Source: Spirochaetia bacterium
GTDB lineage: Bacteria > Spirochaetota > Spirochaetia > SZUA-6 > Bin103
DNA: 64,000 bases
Assembly: GCA_965203055.1 (NCBI GenBank)
Contig: OZ241863.1
Location: 288,001 to 352,000, forward strand
Direction of reading: 5' to 3'
The notes below the pieces were generated by a model that ran no database searches, was not told the DNA's origin, and saw nothing but the letters and a program-made list of their open reading frames with translations. Shown here in pieces: positions 42,615 to 51,908 of the stretch (its first letter is position 1; each line of letters starts with the position of its first letter). A program made the translations under genes and the position numbers.

Positions 42615-45596
42615 GTGATTCCACGAGCGTGCCGGCGGCTGGCCGAGGTCGACTTTCCGATCGCCGAGGTGTCGCGGCACGCGGCGCGGGAGAAGTCGAT
42701 CCGCCACGGGCATCCGTCCACGCTCCATCTCTGGTGGGCGCGGCGCCCGCTCGCCTCGTCGCGCGCCGTGCTGCTGGCCCTGCTGCTGCCCGATCCGCTC
42801 GACCCGCACTGCCCCGACGCCTTCAAGCGGCAGGCGCCCGCCATCCTGAGCGCGGTGCGCCAGCCGCCGGCGGACGACGCCGAGCTGCGCGCCGCGCTGC
42901 TGTGGTTCCTCGGCGCGTTCGCCAACTGGGACCTGGCGGCGCACCCGACCTATCTGGGCGTCGGCCGTGAGCTGGTGCGGGCCGCGCATGGCGAGGAGGC
43001 GCCGCTGGTGGTCGATCCGTTCGCCGGCGGCGGCTCGATCCCGCTGGAGGCGCTGCGGCTCGGCTGCGAGGCGTTCGCCAGCGACCTGAACCCGGTGGCG
43101 TGCCTGATCCTCAAGGTGATGCTGGAGGATATCCCCCGGCACGGTCCGGGGCTGGCCGCCGCACTGCGCCGGGCCGGCGGCGAGATACGGGACGCGGCGG
43201 CGCAGGAGTTGGCCGACCTGTACCCGGCCGACCCCGACGGGGCGACGCCGATCGCCTACCTGTGGGCGCGCACGGTGCGCTGCGAGGCGCCGCAGTGCGG
43301 GGCGGAGCTGCCGCTGCTGCGCTCGTTCTGGCTGTGCCGCAAGCCGAAGCGCAAGCGGGCGCTGCGCTATCGGGTGGAGCGCCGGCCGGAGGGGCCGCCG
43401 GCGGTGCGGTTCGAGGTGTTCACGCCGGCGGCGGACGGAGAGGTGCCGGGCGGTACGGTGGCGCGGGCGCGGGCGGCGTGCCTGTGCTGCGGCGCGGTGC
43501 TGGCGCCGGAGCGGGTGCGGGAGCAGCTTGCGGCGCAGCGCGGCGGTGCCGATGCGGTGTTCGACGCGGAGGGCCGGCGGACCGGCGGCGCGCGTCTGAC
43601 GGCGGTGGTGACGCTGCGGGCGGATGCGCCGGGGCGGCACTACCGGCTGGCGGAGGAAGCGGACTACGCGGCGGTGCGGCGGGCGCAAGAGCGGCTGGCG
43701 GCGCTGCTGGGCGAGTGGGAGCGCGGCGGGAGGCGGGGGCTGTGTCCGGTGCCGGACGAACCGCTGCCGCCGATCGGCACGCTGGGGTTCCGCGTGCAGC
43801 GCTACGGCATGCTCCGCTGGGGTGACCTCTTCTCCGCTCGCCAGAAGATGGCGCTGGCCGTACTGGCCGAACGATGCAACGCGGCCTCCGAACGCGATTG
43901 GATGACGCGCTGCATGGGACTGGTGTTCAGCGGCGTCGTCGATCGCAATGTCGCGCTGGCTACGTGGCGCCCGCAAGCGGACCAGGAAAAAGTCGAACAT
44001 CTGTTCGCGCGGCAGGCGCTGCCGATGGCCTGGGATTTCGGCGAGGCGGTGCTGCTGACCGAATCGACCGGCAGTCTCAGCGACCGCATCGAGGTCCTGG
44101 TCACGACCGCGGCGGCGATGGCGAACGTCGAGGCCGCAACCGCAATCGGCCAAACGCAGCCGGGCGACGCCGCCGATCATCCGTTGCCCGATCAGGCCGC
44201 GGACGTCTGGTTCACCGATCCGCCGTACTACGACGCGATTCCCTATGCGGACCTCTCCGACTTCTTCCTGGTCTGGCTGAAGCGCACCTTGCCCGGCCAG
44301 CAACCGCTCCTGCGCGATCCGTTCGACGCCGGCAATCCGCTCTCCCCCAAGGAGCGCGAGGCGGTGCAGGACGAAACCAGAAAGCGCGGCGGCCGCGCCA
44401 AGGATCGCCGCTTCTTCGAGGACACCATGGGCTTGGCGTTCGCCGAGGGGCGCCGCGTGCTGCGCGAGGACGGCGTCGGCTCCGTCGTCTTCGCGCACAA
44501 GACTACGGAAGGCTGGGAGGCGCTGCTGGCCGGCATGATCCGCGGCGGCTGGACCATCACCGGCTCCTGGCCGATCGCCACCGAACTGGGCACCCGCCTG
44601 CGGGCGCGCGATTCCGCCGCGCTGGCCACCAGCATTCACCTGATCTGCCGGCCGCGGCCGGCCGACGCCCCGGTCGGCGATTGGGCCGACGTGCTGAGCG
44701 CGCTGCCGGTGCGCGTCGCCGAGTGGATGGCGCGCCTGCAGGGCGAGGGCGTGCGCGGCGCCGATCTGGTGTTCGCCTGCATCGGCCCGGCGCTCGAACT
44801 CTACAGCCGCTACCGCGCGGTCGAGACCGCCGACGGGCGCACGGTCGGCCTGCCGGAGTACCTGGAAAAGGTGTGGGAGGTGGTCGGCCGCGCCGCCCTC
44901 GAAACCGTCCTCGGCGCCGCCGAAGCCCGCGCCCGCAACGGCATGACCGGCGCGCTGGAAGAAGACGCGCGCCTCACGGCGCTGTTTCTCTGGACGCTGC
45001 AGACCACCGACGCAGCCGGCGGCGATGGCCGCGGCGCGGGCGACGGCGAGGGAGACGAGGAAGAAGCGGGCGCCGCCCAAAGCCTCAACCTGCCGTTCGA
45101 CGTAGTGCGCCGCTTCGCGCAGCCGATGGGCATCGACCTGGACCGCTGGACCGGCCGCGTCATCGCCCAGGCCAAGGGCGCGGTGCGGCTGCTGCCGGTG
45201 GCCGAGCGCGCCAAGGACCTGTTGGGCGACGCCGGCGCCGGGGCCGCCGCCGACTGGATCGAGGCCGACCCGGCGGCCGGCCTGCAGCGCTCGCTGTTCC
45301 CGGAGTGGGACCGCGCGCCCCGCACCGGCGGCCGCAAGCGCCGCCGGGCGGGCATCCTGGACGGCGACGTCGAGCTGCGGGCGGTGGCCGCCACCACGCT
45401 CGACCGCGTGCACGCCGCCATGCTGCTGCAGGCGAACGGCCACGCCAACGCGTTGCGCGCGCTGCTCAAGGCCGAGCACGACCGCGGCCCCGACTTCCTG
45501 CGCCTGGCCAACGCCCTGTCGGCGCTCTACCCGCGCGGCGCCCGCGAGAAGCGCCTGCTCGACGCCATGCTGTTGGCCGCCCCAAGGTCCAGGTAG
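42615..45596 (+). CDS. DUF1156-family adenine-specific DNA methyltransferase
   Basis: LHLWWARRPL, DPFAGGGSIP, TDPPYYD, Cys pairs. Confidence 0.9.
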   Translation: MIPRACRRLAEVDFPIAEVSRHAAREKSIRHGHPSTLHLWWARRPLASSRAVLLALLLPDPLDPHCPDAFKRQAPAILSAVRQPPADDAELRAALLWFLGAFANWDLAAHPTYLGVGRELVRAAHGEEAPLVVDPFAGGGSIPLEALRLGCEAFASDLNPVACLILKVMLEDIPRHGPGLAAALRRAGGEIRDAAAQELADLYPADPDGATPIAYLWARTVRCEAPQCGAELPLLRSFWLCRKPKRKRALRYRVERRPEGPPAVRFEVFTPAADGEVPGGTVARARAACLCCGAVLAPERVREQLAAQRGGADAVFDAEGRRTGGARLTAVVTLRADAPGRHYRLAEEADYAAVRRAQERLAALLGEWERGGRRGLCPVPDEPLPPIGTLGFRVQRYGMLRWGDLFSARQKMALAVLAERCNAASERDWMTRCMGLVFSGVVDRNVALATWRPQADQEKVEHLFARQALPMAWDFGEAVLLTESTGSLSDRIEVLVTTAAAMANVEAATAIGQTQPGDAADHPLPDQAADVWFTDPPYYDAIPYADLSDFFLVWLKRTLPGQQPLLRDPFDAGNPLSPKEREAVQDETRKRGGRAKDRRFFEDTMGLAFAEGRRVLREDGVGSVVFAHKTTEGWEALLAGMIRGGWTITGSWPIATELGTRLRARDSAALATSIHLICRPRPADAPVGDWADVLSALPVRVAEWMARLQGEGVRGADLVFACIGPALELYSRYRAVETADGRTVGLPEYLEKVWEVVGRAALETVLGAAEARARNGMTGALEEDARLTALFLWTLQTTDAAGGDGRGAGDGEGDEEEAGAAQSLNLPFDVVRRFAQPMGIDLDRWTGRVIAQAKGAVRLLPVAERAKDLLGDAGAGAAADWIEADPAAGLQRSLFPEWDRAPRTGGRKRRRAGILDGDVELRAVAATTLDRVHAAMLLQANGHANALRALLKAEHDRGPDFLRLANALSALYPRGAREKRLLDAMLLAAPRSR

Positions 45597-45604
45597 TTCG
45601 GGGC

Positions 45605-46510
45605 ATGGGCGCCGGCAGGCGGCTCTTCAGCACCGCGGACAGCGCCAACCCCGGAGCCTTCACCGCAGCCGATTGGGCGCTGTTCTGCGCGATATCGACG
45701 ATCTGGGGCGCGTCGTTCCTGCTCATCGACATCGCCCTCGATGCGTTTCGGCCCGGCCTGATCACCTTCCTGCGGGTGGCCGGCGGGGCGGCTACGCTGT
45801 GGCTGGTGCCGGCCGCGCGCCGGCGGCTGGTGGCCGAGGACCGCCTGCGGGTCGTCGTGCTGTCGTTCGTCTGGGTGGCGGTGCCGTTCACGATCTTCCC
45901 GGTCGCCCAGCAGTGGGTGAACTCGGCGCTCACCGGCATGCTCAACGGGGCAATGCCGATCTTCGCCGCGCTGCTGTCCACGGCGCTGCTGCGGCGCGCG
46001 CCCCGGCCGGCGCGGCTCGCCGGGCTGCTGATCGGATCGGCCGGCGTGACGGTGATCGCCTGGTCGACCGCGGCGCCCGGCGCCACCAGCGCCGCCGGCG
46101 TCGCGTTGATCCTGTGCGCGACCCTCTGCTACGGCGTGGCGGTCAACCTGGCCGTGCCGCTGCAGCAGCGCTACGGAGCGGTGCCGGTAATGGCGCGCAT
46201 CGTGGCGCTGGGGGCGCTGTGGACCGCGCCCTACGGCCTGTTCGGACTGGGCGGCTCCACGTTCGCTTGGCCGGCGTTGCTGGCGGTGCTGGCCATCGGC
46301 GTCGTGGGCACCGGAGCGGCCTACTGGATCATGGGCACCCTGGTGGGCCGCGCGGGTTCGGTGCGCGCCTCGTTCATCACCTACCTGATCCCGGTGGTGG
46401 CGCTGACGCTGGGCGTTCTGGTGCGCGGCGACCGGGTGGGTGGGCTGGCCGTCGCCGGCGTCGTGCTGGCTACGGGCGGGGCGCTGCTGGCGGCCCGGCG
46501 CGAACGCTGA
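45605..46510 (+). CDS. DMT/EamA-family transporter
   Basis: IWGASFL, about 10 hydrophobic segments, TYLIPVVAL. Confidence 0.88.
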   Translation: MGAGRRLFSTADSANPGAFTAADWALFCAISTIWGASFLLIDIALDAFRPGLITFLRVAGGAATLWLVPAARRRLVAEDRLRVVVLSFVWVAVPFTIFPVAQQWVNSALTGMLNGAMPIFAALLSTALLRRAPRPARLAGLLIGSAGVTVIAWSTAAPGATSAAGVALILCATLCYGVAVNLAVPLQQRYGAVPVMARIVALGALWTAPYGLFGLGGSTFAWPALLAVLAIGVVGTGAAYWIMGTLVGRAGSVRASFITYLIPVVALTLGVLVRGDRVGGLAVAGVVLATGGALLAARRER

Positions 46511-46580
46511 CCCGCCGGCCTGCTGCGGAAATGGGTGACAACCACTGCCGCCGGGGTGACGGCGCAGGCCCGCAGCTCCG

Positions 46581-48386
46581 CTATTCGTCCTGACCGCCGT
46601 TGGCCGGGACCTCTGCGTCGTGCACCTCTGCGTCGTGCACCAGTTCCCAGCCGCGGAACACCAGCGCCAGCCCCTTGAACACCGCCTCCGGGTGCCGGCG
46701 CGCCAACCGGCGGTCCGTCAGGTGGCGGCGCGCCTGCGCCTCCGCGGCGGCGGCCTGCGCCGCTACCTGCGCCTGCGTTGCGCTGCGGGGCAGGTACTTC
46801 AGCTCGATCACGTAGCCGTAGCGCATGCCCGGATAGCGCGCCGCGCGCGGTTCCAGCACCAGGTCGGCGTAGCCCTTGGCCAATTCCATCTCGGTATGCA
46901 GCACGAAGTAGGGGGAGATGCTCAGGTAGGCGGCCACGAACCCCTGCACCACCTTCTCGCCTTGCAGGTAGTCGCGCACGCCGGTCTGTTCGGCCACCGC
47001 CGCGCTCAGCCGTTCCAGCGCCGGGCGCCACTCTCCCTGCAGCGCCATGCGCCGCGCCAGCCGGTCGAACCTCACCAAGTCGAGCGAGAACACGCCCACG
47101 TCGCGGTAGGCGTCGCGCAGGTAGCCGTACAGCAGCCGCCGCACCGTCTGGTTGGGAATGCCCAGGCGCGGCGTTTCGACCGTCGCGCCGCGGATGCTCA
47201 GCAGGCCGAAGTAGTGCAGCAGCGACAGGAAGTTCTCCCGCTCGGCGAGGCGCGCCAGCGGGAAGCTGTCTACGATCTCGCAGTCGGCGCGCCCTTCGGC
47301 GATCACCTCGCGCAGCAGGTCGAAGTTGCCGTTGAGCTGGCGTCCGACGGTGAGCAGGTGGCGCAGCTTGCCGTAGTCGATGCGCACGTTGTCGTCGATC
47401 AGGTTGTCGGGGCCGGGCTTGTTGGGCAGTGAGTAGGACAGGTAGTAGAGCACCATGTCGGTGTTGTAGACGACGTTCGGCGCGGTCTTGGCGAAGCGGT
47501 AGCCGTCGTACCACTCGCGCATCGTGTCGAGGGCGGCGTCCGGGTCCTGGTCGAAGACGCCGAGGCCGCGGTAGGTCTGCAGCATGTCCCGCACTTCGGG
47601 TTCGGTGAAGCCGAGCATCTCGTTGAATTCGGGGCGGAGGCTGAGGTTGGCGCCGATGTTGAAGCCGCTGGTGACGTCGTCCATGGTGACCGGGGAGACG
47701 CCGGTGACGAACAGGCGCTCGATGCAGCCGGACTCGGCGGTGCCGGCCTTGAGCATGGCGAAGAAGTTGCGGTAGAAGCCGCCGCCGCGGGTGAAGGAGT
47801 GGTAGGCTTCGGCGCCCTGCTCGGCGAGGATGGTGTTGGCGAAGTTGTCGTACTCGTCGATCAGCACGTAGAGCGGGACGCCGCGGTCGCTCGCGTACTG
47901 GAACAGCTCGTCCATCTGGCCGTTGATCGACCGGCGGCCGAGGATGACGCGGGCCGCGTCCTCGTCGATCAGGTCGCGGTTGCGGCGCAGCGCGTGCCGC
48001 AGATGGCTGGTGCAATACTCCTCGAAGTACTCCTCCAACGTGGGCAGCGCCTGCTTGAACGCCGAGAAGTCGAAGTAGATTACGACGTAGCGGCTCCGGT
48101 TGGCGGTCGGCCGGCGGCCGATGTGGGTGCCGGCGAAGACGGCGTCGTAGTCCTTGGCCTGGGCGCGGCTGTAGTAGGCGTTGAGCATGGTCAGCCACAG
48201 GGTCTTGCCGAAGCGCCGCGGGCGGATGAAGAACGTATAGCGCTCCTGCTCCAGGGCGCGGATGAAGCGGGTCTTGTCCACGTAGAGGCAGCGGTCGAGG
48301 CGGATGCTGCGGAAGTTGCCGCGCCCGTAGGGGATCGCCGGGAACGGCGCGGGATCAGCCGGCAGCGCGGGCGCGGTCACGCGCAC
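46581..48386 (-). CDS. AAA ATPase-like protein with C-terminal PD-(D/E)XK nuclease (DUF1703-type)
   Basis: YVDKT, RPRRFGKT, LIDEYD, GYADLVL...IELKY. Confidence 0.9.
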   Translation of the reverse strand: MRVTAPALPADPAPFPAIPYGRGNFRSIRLDRCLYVDKTRFIRALEQERYTFFIRPRRFGKTLWLTMLNAYYSRAQAKDYDAVFAGTHIGRRPTANRSRYVVIYFDFSAFKQALPTLEEYFEEYCTSHLRHALRRNRDLIDEDAARVILGRRSINGQMDELFQYASDRGVPLYVLIDEYDNFANTILAEQGAEAYHSFTRGGGFYRNFFAMLKAGTAESGCIERLFVTGVSPVTMDDVTSGFNIGANLSLRPEFNEMLGFTEPEVRDMLQTYRGLGVFDQDPDAALDTMREWYDGYRFAKTAPNVVYNTDMVLYYLSYSLPNKPGPDNLIDDNVRIDYGKLRHLLTVGRQLNGNFDLLREVIAEGRADCEIVDSFPLARLAERENFLSLLHYFGLLSIRGATVETPRLGIPNQTVRRLLYGYLRDAYRDVGVFSLDLVRFDRLARRMALQGEWRPALERLSAAVAEQTGVRDYLQGEKVVQGFVAAYLSISPYFVLHTEMELAKGYADLVLEPRAARYPGMRYGYVIELKYLPRSATQAQVAAQAAAAEAQARRHLTDRRLARRHPEAVFKGLALVFRGWELVHDAEVHDAEVPANGGQDE

Positions 48387-48418
48387 ACTCTATCACAGAC
48401 GCGGGCCGGCCCCCGGTT

Positions 48419-48931
48419 TCAGTCCAGCAGGCGCGCGCGGTCGGCAGGGGTCGGCAGGCGGCAGCGGTCGGTGGCGCCGAACCAGTGCCGGCGGCGGCGC
48501 GCCAGCGCCAGGTAGAGGGCGTCGCGCAGGGGAGCGGGCACCAGCCGGAGCAGGGCGGCGCCGGCCCGATAGCGGCCGCCGAGCGCCGCGGCGACCGCCA
48601 GCACCGCCGCCGAGCGGATGCGGAGGCGCCCGTCCGGCTCGCGCCACACCAGCGAGTCCGGCGCCGCGGCGGCGCCCGGCTCACCCCCCGCGGGCACCGC
48701 CCCGCGCAGCGCCGCCGGCAGCAGCCGGCGCGCGGTCCTGCCCTGCAAGGCCGCCAGCGCCACGCGCCCGCGCCGGTCGCGGCGCAGCACCCAGCGGGCG
48801 GCGCGCTGGCACAGCACGCACTGTCCGTCCACGAACAGGATCGGCCGCGCGGGAGTCGGCGCCGGCGGAGCGCCCGGCGCCGCGCGGGCGGCGGTTTCGG
48901 CGCGCGAACAAATGGCGTACACTCGGCGCAT
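48419..48931 (-). CDS. DCC1-like thiol-disulfide oxidoreductase (start uncertain)
   Basis: ILFVDGQCVLC, LRDALY..ARRRRHWFG..DRC. Confidence 0.8.
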   Translation of the reverse strand: MRRVYAICSRAETAARAAPGAPPAPTPARPILFVDGQCVLCQRAARWVLRRDRRGRVALAALQGRTARRLLPAALRGAVPAGGEPGAAAAPDSLVWREPDGRLRIRSAAVLAVAAALGGRYRAGAALLRLVPAPLRDALYLALARRRRHWFGATDRCRLPTPADRARLLD

Positions 48932-50402
48932 GGCAGTTCAGGAGCATCCCAACATCATCGTCATTATCACCGACACCTTTCGCCGCGACAACTTGGGCGC
49001 GCGGGCGCGGCGCCCGGTCCACACCCCGGAGCTGGACCGCTTCGCCGCGGAGCGCGCCACCGAGCTCACCGGGCTGACCATGAGCAGCTTCCCCACCATC
49101 CCCCATCGCACCGACTTCGCCAGCGGCACCGTGGGCTGGCCGCATTACGGCTGGCAGCCGATCAGTCACAGCACGCTCAATCACGCCGCCGCGCTGCTGG
49201 CCGGGCAGGGTTACTTTACGCAGCTCATCTGCGACTGCCCGCACCTGTTCAAGGCGGGTTTCCAGGCCGGCTTCCAGGGCAGCTACCAGCACCGCGGCCA
49301 GGAAGGGGACCTGACCCTGCTGCACATGGACGACCCGATCGCCGAGGCGATGCCGCGTGCCAAGACCCGCCCTACGCCGGCGACCTTCGGCGCCCCCCTG
49401 ATCGATCTGCACCGCTGGCTCAACGACATCCGCACCGAGGCCGACACCTTCTGCGCCCGCACCGCGCTCACCGCGGCCACCTGGCTGGAACGCAACTACC
49501 GTTCCGGTCCGTTCTTCCTGTGGGTGGATTTCTTCGATCCCCACGAGCCGTGGGATCCTCCGGAATACCTGGTGCGGCGCTACGATCCCGACTACGCCGG
49601 CGCGCCGATGCTGCATCCCAACTACGGCCCGGCGGACCGCTACGACGCCGCCGAGTTGCATAACCTGTGGGCGCACTACGCCGCGGAGTCGGAGTTGGTG
49701 GACCGCCACATCGGGCGCATCCTGCAGAAGCTCGACGACCTCGATCTGTGGCAGCGCTCGCTGGTGGTGGTCATGGCCGACCACGGCATCGCGATCGGCG
49801 AGCACAACTGCTGCGGCAAGAGCAACATCACCCCCGACGACGCGCGCTTCTGGCCGTTGTACCCGGAACTGAGCAACGAGCTGTGCCTCATCGCCGGCAC
49901 CGCCCAGGCCGGCGCGGTACCCGCCGGCGGCCAACTCGATCTCATGGCGCAGCCGATGGATCTGCTGCCCACGCTGTGCGAGCTGGCGGGCGTGACGCTG
50001 GCGCCGCCGCAACCGCTGCAGGGCAGTTCCTTCGCGCGCCAACTGCTGGCCGGCGGCGGCCAGTTGCGCGACCTGGTGATCACCGGCGCCCACGCGCGCC
50101 CGGCCGCGGAAACCCCGCACCAACTGCCGGCCCGCGCCTCCACGCCGTTCCTGCGCACCGGGTCGTGGGGATACGCCCCGGTCGGTCCCGGCGGCGCGCC
50201 CCAGCTCTTCGACCTCGCCGCCGACCCGCTGGCGGAGCAGGACGTGGCCGCGCAGAACCCCGCCGCGGTGCGCGAGTTGCATGATCTGTTTCTGCGCACC
50301 TTGCGCGACTATGGCGCTAGCGAAGCGGTGCAGGCGCTGTGGCGCGCGCCCGGCAGCGGCGCCGCCGGCGGGAGCTGGGCGCGCGACTACCTGGACCGCT
50401 GA
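48930..50402 (+). CDS. Sulfatase-like hydrolase (alkaline phosphatase superfamily), Thr at the nucleophile position
   Basis: PNIIVIITDTFRRD, TIPHR, DPHEPWD, ADHG, LFDLAADP. Confidence 0.85.
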   Translation: MAVQEHPNIIVIITDTFRRDNLGARARRPVHTPELDRFAAERATELTGLTMSSFPTIPHRTDFASGTVGWPHYGWQPISHSTLNHAAALLAGQGYFTQLICDCPHLFKAGFQAGFQGSYQHRGQEGDLTLLHMDDPIAEAMPRAKTRPTPATFGAPLIDLHRWLNDIRTEADTFCARTALTAATWLERNYRSGPFFLWVDFFDPHEPWDPPEYLVRRYDPDYAGAPMLHPNYGPADRYDAAELHNLWAHYAAESELVDRHIGRILQKLDDLDLWQRSLVVVMADHGIAIGEHNCCGKSNITPDDARFWPLYPELSNELCLIAGTAQAGAVPAGGQLDLMAQPMDLLPTLCELAGVTLAPPQPLQGSSFARQLLAGGGQLRDLVITGAHARPAAETPHQLPARASTPFLRTGSWGYAPVGPGGAPQLFDLAADPLAEQDVAAQNPAAVRELHDLFLRTLRDYGASEAVQALWRAPGSGAAGGSWARDYLDR

Positions 50403-50425
50403 ACGCGGCGCACGGAGGAAACGGC

Positions 50426-51814
50426 ATGGCAAAGCCCCCCAACATCATCCTGCTCGGCATCGACTCGCTGAGCGCCGGCCACCTGAGCAGTTACGGCTAC
50501 CGGCGCCTGACCAGCCCGCACCTGGATCGGTTCGCCGCCGACGCGGCGCTGTTCGAGCGCACCTTCTCGCCGGCGATTCCCACCACCCCGGCGTACTGTT
50601 CCATGCTCTCCGGGCTGGACTGCTTCAGCACGCAGGTGGTGGCGCTGCGCCACCGCGGGCCGCTGGGCGCCGCAGTCACCACCCTGCCGGAGCTGCTGCG
50701 CCCGCACGGCTACGCCAGCACCTGCGTCGGCTTCAGCGGCAACCCCAGCGCGCGCGGCTTCGACACCTACCTCGACTACGAGGCGTGGCGCAACGATCCC
50801 GGCGGGCGCGCCCCCAAGGCGCAGCTCCTGAATCAGGTGACGCTGCCGGAGCTGGACCGGCTGCTCGACGCGGACGATCCCTTTCTGCTGTTCCTGCGGC
50901 ACATGGACCCGCACTCCCCCTACCTGCCGCCGCACCCCTACGAACGCATCTTCTACCACGGCGACGAGTGCGACCCCGGCAACCGTTCCATGGAGCCGGT
51001 GCGGGCGTTCAAGCCGTTCCGCGACTACTTCGCCGCCTGGATGCCGCCGCGAATCACCGACAAGGATTACGTGATCGCCCAGTACGACGGCGCCATCGCC
51101 TACATGGACGCGGCGATTCAGGGGATCTTCAACGCTCTGGAGGCGCGCGGGGTCCTGGACGAGACCATCGTGGTGGTAAACGGCGATCACGGCGAGACCC
51201 TGTACGACCACGAGTGCTGGTTCGATCACCACGGCCTGTACGACAACGTGCTGCACGTGCCCCTGATCCTGCGCTATCCGCCGGCCGTGCCGCGCGGCGT
51301 GCGGGTGGCGGGTTACAACCAGCACCAGGATCTGGTGCCGACGCTGCTGGAACTGGCCGGGCTGCCGTACGATCCGGCGCGCTTCGACGGCGCCAGCCTG
51401 CTCCCGCTGGCGCGCGGCGAGGCCGCCAGCCATGCCAGCGAGCTGTACCTGACCGAGTGCACCTGGATGCGCAAGCACGGCTGGCGCACGCCGGAATGGA
51501 AGCTGATCGCGGCGCTGGAGCCCGACTTCCACTTCAAGCCGCCGCTGGAGCTGTACCGGCTCACCGACGACCCCGGCGAGCTGCGCAACCTGGCTGAGGA
51601 GCTGCCAGACGTGGCGGCATTCCTGCAGGCGCGGATGGAGGGCTGGATCGAGCGGCGCACCCGCGCTACCGGGTTGCCGGCGCCGATTCTGCACCAGGGG
51701 GACTGGCACGGCCACGCCGGCGTGGGGCCGTTCAGCTCCGCGCAGCAGGCCTACGACACGCTGCATATCGGCGACCCGGGCGCGGCGCAGCGGCTGCAGG
51801 CCGGCGGCAAGTGA
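50426..51814 (+). CDS. Sulfatase-like hydrolase (alkaline phosphatase superfamily), Thr at the nucleophile position
   Basis: PNIILLGIDSL, PTTPAY, DPHSPY, GDHGE, DHHG, ELYRLTDDPGE. Confidence 0.85.
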   Translation: MAKPPNIILLGIDSLSAGHLSSYGYRRLTSPHLDRFAADAALFERTFSPAIPTTPAYCSMLSGLDCFSTQVVALRHRGPLGAAVTTLPELLRPHGYASTCVGFSGNPSARGFDTYLDYEAWRNDPGGRAPKAQLLNQVTLPELDRLLDADDPFLLFLRHMDPHSPYLPPHPYERIFYHGDECDPGNRSMEPVRAFKPFRDYFAAWMPPRITDKDYVIAQYDGAIAYMDAAIQGIFNALEARGVLDETIVVVNGDHGETLYDHECWFDHHGLYDNVLHVPLILRYPPAVPRGVRVAGYNQHQDLVPTLLELAGLPYDPARFDGASLLPLARGEAASHASELYLTECTWMRKHGWRTPEWKLIAALEPDFHFKPPLELYRLTDDPGELRNLAEELPDVAAFLQARMEGWIERRTRATGLPAPILHQGDWHGHAGVGPFSSAQQAYDTLHIGDPGAAQRLQAGGK

Positions 51815-51908
51815 GCCGCGCGCAGGCCGCCGCGGCGGCGCGGGGCGCGGCGCGGCGCGCCGGCGAACGGGACGCCGCCGGACGGGGGCAGCCGGGGGCG
51901 TACCGGCG

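Noticed and set aside
42501..45479. Long antisense and shifted ORFs (for example 42501-45479, 26884-28974, 21973-24192)
   Set aside because: Shadow frames of real genes caused by high GC; Arg/Ala/Gly-rich with no recognisable motifs.
46609..46638. 15-bp tandem duplication (VHDAE twice) at the end of the AAA-nuclease gene
   Set aside because: Simple slippage in a terminal tail with no sign of function.
48929..48932. Head-to-head shared CATG start for the DCC1-like and sulfatase-like genes
   Set aside because: The DCC1-like start is unsupported; its conserved domain begins about 30 codons downstream.
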